DNA of 64,000 nucleotides, from assembly GCA_907165135.1 (NCBI GenBank), contig OU015569.1:7378001-7442000 (forward strand), in the 5' to 3' direction. Source of the stretch: Oikopleura dioica. Its lineage: Eukaryota; Animalia; Chordata. The number at the start of each line of letters is the position of its first letter. Position 1 is the first letter of the stretch. A program made the translations under genes and the position numbers. This document shows positions 11,564-21,800 of this stretch, piece by piece. Below the pieces are notes generated by a model. That model had not been told where the DNA came from. It searched no databases and saw nothing but the letters and a program-made list of their open reading frames with translations.

Positions 11564-12815
11564 CCGCTCAATGTACCACACTCGATCACCAGACCTAAAT
11601 GCTCGATGCCGGATATTTTCATTTTTTTTTTCACTAAAAATCATTCATTTAAAATTTCATGCGCGAAATTTCCACTTCGATGCGTTCTTTTCTTTTTTGA
11701 AAGTTTGGACTTTGCGGCGCTCTCCGAATTCTTCTATTCGTCAAAACGGATCGTTTATTCACATCTATTCCATAATCTCCAATTAATTCTACTCTTCAAT
11801 ACTCTCGAACGATAGAATCGTTGGTTTTTGTTTTGAGGAGAAAATGAAAATCGTATTCGAAAATTTATCGAAGATCGGCTTGTTTGAATTTCTATCGATT
11901 TTTGTTTGCAAAGAATGAAAACGTAATTGGGCTAGTGAAATTGATGGAATGAAAAATTTAACCTGTAAGGGTGTAAGTTTTGAATCCAGATCGTGTTTTG
12001 TTTGCATAGATGGAAAGGGTTGAACTGCGGAGCGAGTTGTCATGGATGAGTAGAGTATCCGAGACGAGGAGTGCAAGAAGAGTGATGGTGATGCAAGTGT
12101 TTTTGCGGAATGTCTGCTGATCCGATACTGCTCCTAAATTGAATTCCTGTTAAATAGCGCGTCCACTGGCTTTCGCTCCCACAATCGCGAAAACCTTCAC
12201 ACCGAATTAAAACGTTTTTAATTTGATATTGTTGTCTGCAAGTTCTTCCTCGCCAAGTGCTTCCTTCAGTAAGTAGTTCTGACAAGTTTAATGAAGAGAG
12301 CCTCCGAATCGAGGCCAGGCTGGGCTTGTAAGCGCTGACGATTTGCGCGGCGTAAACAATCGGAAAATTTTCGGTATCCCGTTGGCTTATTCCGGTCATG
12401 GATCAATAAATTTGGACTTTTTGGCGGAGCAGCTCTTCACATGCAAACCACAATTTCGCAGCGAGAATTGAAAACAGAGACTTCTTTTTCTGACGAAATG
12501 ACTTTCTGCGTAAGCGCTAGCTGAAGAGTGTGCGAGAAGTTTTTCACACGTAAGAAAATAACGAGCGTTGAGATTTATTTTTAATAAGTATGATTTTAAA
12601 TTCAAAAGGTACTTTTTGCGAAAGAAAATTAACAAGGTGTAATCAAAGGGAGAAGTCGTTATGATGGAGGCTTAATTTGGTGGAGTTGTTTTGGCGGTGG
12701 AGTTACGGGTTATTGCGCCCCTTGGCATTTTCGCGTGTCTGTCTTTCTGCTTGTGAAATGTGAAATTCGCGGACCGAACCACTTTCGACCGACGACGCTC
12801 CGGGGTGCCTCATTT

Positions 12816-13124
12816 TCACGAAGTGCGCTTCACGGCGCCGTGAATGGAAGGCCTCCACCGCTTTTGGCGAATGCGGCCGTTTCTACTTCTCCAAGTGGAT
12901 TATTTCCACTACTGTACCGCAGGAGTCGCTTTCACGGGGCAGTCGCAATGAATCGATATAATCCCCTTGTCTAGTAAGATGCGAATATTTATCCCTGATT
13001 GTGGCCAGATCGCAGTCGGGAAATAGAACGGGCCGACAGATTCTCTCTTTTTCGCTACCTTCTATTTCTTTCACGATCACGGACCTCGTGAGCGCCCGAA
13101 CTGCGGCGAGCGATCCTTCTCACG
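12816..13124. promoter_or_regulatory. TCACG/CGTGA cluster 6 (8 copies), about 0.5-0.8 kb upstream of the CHD start; probable promoter region
   Basis: Pentamer at 12816, 12830, 12839, 12932, 13071, 13077, 13087, 13120. Confidence 0.55.
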
Positions 13125-13658
13125 GATATGAAAAATGTGAAATGAAAAAACCACCATTTAACTCGGGGCAAAAGCAGATTATCAACTGAACACGCCAAGT
13201 CAACCCCTTTTTTTCTGACAATAATATGTCTCCAATGTCGAATTTCTTCTAGCAGAGAAAAGAAGCAGTCGTTCAAAAGTAACGTGTTTGCGTTTGATAG
13301 AGTCCATTCAGGTTTGGGCTACTTTCTTTTGAGCAATCTAAACATGAGTTTCATTGCAGAAAACAATTTGTCCAAAAACGAGCGTTATTTTTGCTAAAAA
13401 TAATTCAACACAGATGATAATCGAGACACAAATACCATAATAGTTTTCATGATGTCATATCAACTTTATGCTATTCGGAATATTCATGCTTATTCATTGA
13501 AAATCTTTGTCTCAGGGAATCCCCGTGATTTCGCAATAATATTATTATTGTTTTGAATTCAGTCCAAAAGATATCTGACGAGACAGTAGCTTAGACAGTA
13601 TTAAGACAAGTCATACAAATAATCCTGATAAAATCATCCTCCTAACCATATCTTTTAG

Positions 13659-15422
13659 ATGTCCTGGCAAGGTGGAATGCCACCGGGCCATGGGTGGCCA
13701 CCAACTCACCATGGCCAGCCTCCTAACATGATGGGCATGGACCAAAATGGATATCCTAGTTATCCACCTTACAGTCAACAGAATGGAGATAATTGGGGTC
13801 AACACCATCCAGGTAGAACTAATTTCAAAATTATTTGTTTACGAATGCAAGAGAAATATTGTGGAAATAATAATCGAATCAAGTGATACATTTTTAAAAT
13901 AGGGTTTCCTGGCGGGCCCGAGAATGGCGCCCATTACCCAATGACAAGTCAACCTGGTTTTCCTGGACAGCCGTATCCTGGAATGCCTGGGCCGAATCCA
14001 TACGGAATGGGTGGACCAGGTTTTCCTGGTGGTCCCGGTCAACCATACGGCCACCCAGGCTTTCCACCGGTATCAATGGAGGGCTCGATGGGACAGATGG
14101 GTTATCCTCCGATGCCTTCAGCGAGCTTTCCTGGCCCCAACCCTTCAAATTTTACGCCAACTTCTCAACAACCGCAGCGACCTCGTCCAAGCTCAACGAA
14201 TGTGACATCAGTTTACAAGCAGTCGATGGCAACACCTACACCTAGCCATCCACATCCACCAGGCGTCTCTCCGAATCCCATGTTCAGTCAGGCAAATGCT
14301 CCTCGCAACACATTCCCGGGAGCACCCATTCCTCAAGCACCAAGACCTCAAGCTCCGCAAGTGCAGCAAGAATTACGAGCGCCCTCCCCTGCTGCTCCCG
14401 TGGGTTCTGCACCGATGCCCGACTTTAGTTTCAATAATCGAGGTGCCCCTGCACCAACTACATATTCCCGCGCCCCAGCTCCCACACAAATGAATGGAGC
14501 ACCCCCAGCTTCAACACTGCCTCCAAAGCCACAAGAATCTTCGTTTCATTCTCTAAGTAGCGGGCCTCCACCGATGTCAGTTGCTCCAGGAGCAATCGGA
14601 CGCCAACAGCCTCCTCCTTTAACTCGGCCTCCACAGCCTGGAGGATTTTCAGCACAGCTTCAATCACCTCCGCCTCCCGCTGTGAATCAGCCACTTCCAC
14701 AGCAGTCAACTTCACAAGTACCACCACCACCACAACTAGCTGTAGCGCCACCAACTGCAGCTCCCGTACCGGCATCGCCAGCGTTGAATCAACCACAAAC
14801 ATTACAAGCCCCTCAAGCTCAACAGCAACAACATGTTCAGAAACCAACAGTCCAGCCTCTTCCGGAGCCAGTTCAAGATCCCATTCCCCCAATCAACCAA
14901 CAAACCCCTAATATTTCCCAAGCACACAAACCAGTAGCACCAGTAGGAGAGCCACCAGCAGTTGCCCCTGAGCTACAAGCAGATTCTCCTGTACCGCCGA
15001 AACCAGCTGAAGAGACTTCTCCTTCAGTTCCCGCTAGTCCACCCAAGCCTCCACAGTTGCAGCCAAAACCTATTTCTCCACAAGAAAAACAGGAGAAAAC
15101 CGCAGTTGAAACTGGTCCACCAAAGCTTTCTCCTCCAAAGTTGGCTCATCCTTCAATTGCAAGCGGCGGACAAGCCGAGACACAACCAAGCAACGTATCA
15201 AAGGTCCCGGAATTCTCGGACTCAGAGGAAGACACAGATAAAACTAACGATGTTGATGATATCGCTGCTAAACTTTCTTCTGAAGATGAAAACGACAAGA
15301 AGGAAAATCTCGATCCTAATTTGGAGAAAAACGAGAAAACGGCACCAGAAAATGGTGTCCTTGAGGAAAGGTCTTCAGCTAAAAACACAACCGAAAATTC
15401 TGACGAAGACGATCAGGAATGA
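13659..15422 (+). CDS. Pro/Gln/Gly-rich low-complexity exons; probable N-terminus of the CHD7/kismet gene, or a short separate product
   Basis: ATG directly follows an acceptor-like TTTTAG. Exon 13659-13812 splices in frame via a GT-AG intron to 13903. The long P/Q-rich ORF ends in an acidic tail and TGA at 15420-15422. CHD7 and kismet have P/Q-rich N-termini. Confidence 0.75.
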
Positions 15423-15815
15423 GTTAAAATTATCTATGGTTATTCAAAGTGCAAATTGTTTTTATAGCATTAAATTGTTAATATCTATATATATATATTA
15501 ATATAGATATCGTATGTAACATACGGTATGTTCGTTTATAAAATCGTTCAAATATAGATATCGCTTGATAATTAACGCGGTAGATAGAGCTTACTTTGAA
15601 TATTCAAATAAATTACTGTTGAACATAAGAGAACATTTTTCGGATGAATACATTTTTAACGTTTGAAAGTATATTTAGTCAAAGTTACTTTCACATACAC
15701 TGAACCTTATCAATCCGACCTATTATAACTCAAATAAGGAGGCAGAAGACACTAGGGAAAAAGACTTCTGCTCGAATCACAACTGAAAGAGAACTCGTCG
15801 AGGGATAGCTCCAAA

Positions 15816-18800
15816 ATGGAGATCGATGAAAGCGAACCAGTAGAAGAACCTGTATCCGAATCTAACGGCGTAGAGGAAACACCCGCTGTCGAAATGAGCC
15901 AAGAACCCGAATCCACCCAGAATCCGAAGAAAAGAAAACGTAGTAAAAAGGAGAAGAAATCAGAAGCACGTGGAATTACTAGAGAAGCTGCTGCAGCAGC
16001 TGCAGCCGCTCTGGTGAGCGATGCGGATGTCGATCCTTATGGAAACTACAGAACATCTGATAGTAACTCAAATTCCAACGACGGTGCTAACGATGAGGAC
16101 TTTGATATAAATGATCTGAGAGCTGCATCACCTGATGCAGTTCCACAGAAAAAGTCTCAAAGTCGTCGTGGTAAACCTAAAGTTCCAGCTACTATCATCA
16201 ATTCGGCCAAAAAGAAGAAGAAATACGACTATGACGACGAGGATGAAGGAAAATCGAAAAGCAAAAAGAAGAGGAGAAAAATTGAATCGACTGAAGATGA
16301 ATTTATTTCTCCTGAAGATCTTATTGAAAAACGTCGGTCGGGGAGGTCATCTCGAGGAGCCCCCAAGAACTACGATGACAATGCAGTTCCGAACTTCTCT
16401 GATGGTGATGCAGATTCTGATGATGATGAACCTGTAAGAAAGAGAGGTCGTAAAAAGAAGGAATCCGTCGATACTTCCGAAGATGGTGTCCAGGAACCAG
16501 TGGCAGAAGTCGCAGAAGAACCTTTGATTGTTGACAAAATTCTGTCGCACAGGATTGTCAAACGTAAAAAGAGCTCCGAACGCTCGGATGAGGAAAGCAA
16601 TGCTGAATCAAAATCTGAAGAGGCCAAAAAAGAACCCGAGAAAAGGCCAGACGAAGAACCCGAAGAAGAGGAAGAGGAATTTTTTATCAAATGGAAAGGG
16701 TACTCTTACATTCACTGTGTCTGGCTTTTCAAGGATGAGATTTTTGACCCGCGCTTTGATCAGAAGATGCGCAGATACTTCAGCAAGTTGGGTGCGACGA
16801 ACGCGCCTGATCCGGACAACGAGGATCTGTTTAATCCGGACTTCGTAATTGTCGATCGAGTTCTTGATGTGGTGGAAGGTCAGGATGCTGAATCTGGCAA
16901 CGATACTCGCCATTTCCTCGTGAAATGGTGTGGTTTAGCGTACGATGAATGCACTTGGGAATTAGAAGTTGACGTAGACCAAGTCAAAATAGAGTGCTTC
17001 AAAAAGTACAACAAAAGGAAAGCATACAAACGACCATCCGAAAGACCACCAATAAGTCAGTGGCGTAAGCTCGAACATCCGCAACGATTCAAAAATGGTT
17101 GTGAACTTCGCGAATACCAAGTCGAAGGTGTTTCATGGCTGCTTTTCAATTGGTATCAGAAACGAAATTGTATTTTGGCTGATGAAATGGGTTTGGGAAA
17201 AACTATCCAAAGTATAACCTTCATCCAGAAAATTTACGAGACGAATCACAAAGGCCCGTTTCTGATTGTTGTTCCTCTATCTACTGTTGGCAACTGGATT
17301 CGAGAATTCGAAACGTGGACTGATCTAAACGCAATCGTATACCACGGTTCAGCACAATCGAGGCAAATGATCCATCAGTACGAATTATACCAACGTGACA
17401 AAAAAGGATATCCTAAAAGAGGTAATACTAAAATTTAATAAACTTTTTTATTCTTAAAAAATAGGTGATTTCCGATTTGATGCCTTGATCACGACATATG
17501 AAATGATCGTCGCCGACATTCCAGAAATTCGTAACGTTAACTGGCAACTGATGATTATCGACGAAGCTCATCGCTTGAAGAACACCAAGTCAAAGCTTGC
17601 TGAAAATTTGAAGTGAGTAATTATCCGCTGCCGTGTTGTACTTTGCGTAGTCGTCAGTCGATAACCAAATTTATATTCATCTCAGTGCTTCATTTTCACG
17701 GTCGCTTTCACGGCTCGTGAGAAGCGAATCATGAAAACATACCTGACGAGACAGTGATGCACAGAGTCTATTTATCTGTCATAACTCACTATGCCGTCTT
17801 TAAACAGAAAACAAACTCAAATTTGTTTAGTCAAGGGTGCTGAAATTTACCCCAATAACACAATTTCATACTGGTCAATCAGAATTCTCACGCCTTTACT
17901 TTAGGAATATGCATATTGAGCATAAGGTTCTCTTGACTGGAACGCCTCTTCAAAATAACATCGAAGAACTCTATGCACTCCTCAATTTCATGAATCCGAC
18001 AGACTTTTACGACATCGGATACTTCATGCGAGAGTACGGTGTCCTCACCAATAAAGACCACGTAGATAAGATGCAAAAGGTTCTGAAACCGATCATGCTT
18101 AGAAGACTTAAGGAAGACGTGGAAAAATCATTGGCTCCAAAAGAGGAGACGATCATTGAAGTCGAGTTGACTAACATTCAAAAGAAATACTACCGAGCTA
18201 TTCTTGAACGCAACTTCGACTTTTTGTCTAAAGGCGCCTCGAGTGGAAATGTCCCAAGTTTGATGAATACTATGATGGAGCTTCGGAAGTGCTGCAATCA
18301 TCCATTCTTAATTAAAGGAGCCGAAGATAAAATTCTTGATGAGTACAGAGCAAAAGGCGAAGTCGCTGATCCATTGACAGCTATTGTGCAAGCATCTGGA
18401 AAGATGGTCCTCATTCATAAGCTCTTGCCGAAATTGAAGGCTGGTGGACATAAAGTTCTCATCTTTTCCCAGATGATCAGAGTGCTCGATATTTTGGAGG
18501 ATTATTTGTATCAAATGAATATGGGCTTCGAGCGATTAGACGGAAGAATTCGGGGCAACGATCGACAGGCCGCTATTGACAGGTTTTGCAAAAAGGACTC
18601 CGACAGATTTGTTTTCCTTCTTTGCACCCGGGCTGGTGGTCTGGGAATCAACTTGACTGCTGCAGACACTGTTATCATCTTCGATTCGGACTGGAATCCG
18701 CAGAACGATCTTCAAGCTCAAGCACGTTGCCATCGTATTGGTCAAAAGAAGGAGGTCAAAATCTACAGACTTTTGACTAGCAAGACATATGAGCGTGAAA

Positions 18801-21800
18801 TGTTTGATAGAGCATCACTCAAACTTGGGTTGGATCGAGCTGTTCTTCAAAGGTATTTATGGCTTTGCTTTTGAATACGAAATAACCTCTTTTAGTATGT
18901 CTGGAAGTTCTGGAAAAGACTCTGGCGGTCCAATGAACTCATTGTCTAAAAAAGAGGTGGAGGACTTGCTCAAGAAGGGTGCATACGGTGCGCTTATGGA
19001 CGATGATGATGCGGCCGAAAAATTCTGCGAAGAAGACATTGATCAAATTCTTTCTAATCGCGCCACCACTATTAAACACGACGGTGGAGTTAAGGGTAGC
19101 ACATTCTCAAAAGCTACTTTCGCTGGTGCTGCTGACAACCGCATGGATATTGACATAAATGATCCTGACTTCTGGGAAAAGTGGGCACGAAAGGCGGACT
19201 TAGATCTTGATGCTTTAACTGCTAATAAGCTGATTATCGAGCAACCCCGTGTTCGGAAGCAAACACAACGGTACAATCCAGAATTCGATGAAACTGCGCA
19301 CATTGAAGGCATGGAAGGCTCTGATTCTGATTCAGATGGAGGAACTGGAAAGAAACGGCGAAATGTTGGCTGGGGACGAAAGGAATCTTTCAAACTCCAA
19401 AAGGGACTACTCATGTTTGGATGGGGACGCTGGCAAGATATTTCTGACCATTGTCAGCTCTCCAAAAGCTTTCCTGAAAAGGAAATCGAGGAAGTTGCGA
19501 GAGCGATTCTATCTCTAGCTGCCAGTTGTTACAACGGAGACGATAAAGTTAAGCAATTTATTTGGGAATTGATAACTCCACCAGAATTTGCTCACGAACT
19601 TCATCTCCACAGCGCACTTCATCAGAAACAGCCCACGAAGAAATCTAAGCGTGGTCGAGATTCAGAAAGTCCTCCTCCACTTGACGAAGGTCGCGAATGG
19701 GTTATTCAACTTGATGGCCTTTTGGTCGATGATCAATTCCGTAAGCACGTGGTTACTAACACCAACAAGCTCCTTGGTCGTGTTCGCGTTTTATCATATC
19801 TGAGAACAGAAATACTTGCAGACTGGCTAGATCACATCAAAGATAATGTTCATTCTACCGAATACGAGCTCGACGTTCCTAATATCGAAGGTGAACCACC
19901 TGTTCCATGGTGGGACGAGGAAGCCGATAAGTCTCTTCTCGTAGGAATTTTCAAACATGGCTACGATAGATATAGCTTGATTAGAAATGATCCGAGCCTT
20001 GTGTTCGTCAAAAAGGTTGGCCCAGCCGATGATAAGGCTCTAATGGCAGATCTAATGGAGGGCGAATCTAAGCCTGTTAACTCAAGCACCGTTGATGGAA
20101 ATAACCCGGCTGACAAAGAATACAAACCAAAACATCGAAATGTCTTCGAAGATCAAGAACAAATCATGGAGGCCTCCGCAAGTACTGCCAATAATGCAGA
20201 AGAAAAAACTGGCGAAGAAAAAGACAATGCTACTGTAAATGGCGACGGTCCAAAAGATTCTGAGGAGGGAATCAAAGAGGGCAAAGAGGAAGAGAAGGTT
20301 GAAGTTGAAACGAAGGTTCAACCAAAATATGAACCCTGGCCGTCGATTCCAGATCTCAACAAGCGATTCCGCATGATTGTTGCTGCGTATCAGCGTATTT
20401 TCCGAAGAGCTGCTGCTCGAGCTCAAAGAATGAACAAAAATCGAATTCAGAGACAGATTACGGAACGTTGGACTAAACGCGAGGAGTCTGACTTCTATCG
20501 TGCTGTGAGCACTTTCGGCACCGAAATGCTGCCCAATGGAAGTTTCAACTGGGAAAAATTCCGCATGGTTGCAAAACTTGACAAAAAGACCGACACTAGT
20601 CTTACTAATTATTACATTGCATTCCGAGCTATGTGTGAACGGACTTGTCGCCGCACGACGATTCCCGATGAAGATTTACCTGCTGTGTATGTGGAACAAA
20701 TTTCTGAAGATCGAGCAAGTAGAACTCTAATGCGTATCCAGCTTCTCGATCGCATCAGACGAGAATGTCTTATTCATCCTCAGCTTGATGCAAGATTGAA
20801 ACTCTGTCAAAAATCACCAGATCTACCTATTTGGTGGAAAGCGGGTATTCACGACAAAGAATTGCTTGTAGGTCTCCACAAGCACGGACTTTCCAGATGT
20901 GAGATCCATATTCTTAATGATTCGGATCTTACGTTCGGAGATGTTATGAAGACTGCCCAAAAGTCGCTCCTCGGATCAAGGTTAAAACAAAAGAGGAGCC
21001 AGTTGAAATCAAGGAAGACGAAACTCCCGAGAAGACTGACGAACATATGCCTGAAGACAAAAACGAACTGGAGAAAAAGCCGTCTGAAACAGAAAGCAGT
21101 CCGAAATCAAAGCCTCCTGCAGATGAAAATCAATCTTCTGAAGAAAAAATGGAAGAAGATACGCCCAAGGATACTCCACAAGATTCCGAAAAAGAAATGG
21201 AAACGGATGAGCCCAAATCTGATGTTAAACCCATTGAGGAGCCTAAAAATCCTGAAGAAGGTACAGAAGAGGTCAAGGATGAAAAAGCGGGGCAGCCAAA
21301 AGAGGAAGTAAAAGTCGAGGAGCCCGTTCCCGAAGGACCAGTGGTTGAAGTTGCTACTGAGGAGGAAAAACAACTGCTTGAAGCCGAGTTCATCCAACAG
21401 CAGTCACTTAACAGGTGCTGTATTTATCATTGTGGTGTCAAAGCGCACCTCACGTAAGATTTGAGGCGAAATCTAACTAGCTGGACATTAGTGTCTGGTC
21501 CGGGCGAAATCGATTCAGAAGCCTCGTATTAATATACGCCTTTGAATAATTAACTCCTTGATACAAAGAATAAGCAATTTGGAGGGACATAAGTCGAATC
21601 GCTGCTGGATCGATGAACTGTCCCACCACACTCTTCCACTAATACAAAATTGTCATCTTAATTTAATATTCCATCCCCAAGCAAGCGCTAATTCGGCAGT
21701 ATATGATGATTATATACGTGAAAGCATTCTTGTTTGTGGCTCTAAAAGTCTGACCATTTAACACGGCACTTCTAATCGCTTCAATATTCTTCCGCATTAC

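Noticed and set aside
13575-13615. CTGACGA as a hammerhead ribozyme core (also at 17743)
   Set aside because: No GAAA after the putative stem II and no stems I/III; kept only as a shared 13-mer.
14458-14892. Long antisense or alternate-frame ORFs over coding exons (also e.g. 24945-25502, 26983-27540, 38328-38591, 47397-47825)
   Set aside because: Shadow ORFs of low-complexity or biased coding sequence on the real strand.
20955-20995. Programmed -1 ribosomal frameshift in CHD7
   Set aside because: No X XXY YYZ slippery heptamer in the correct phase; a small intron or an indel explains the break more simply.
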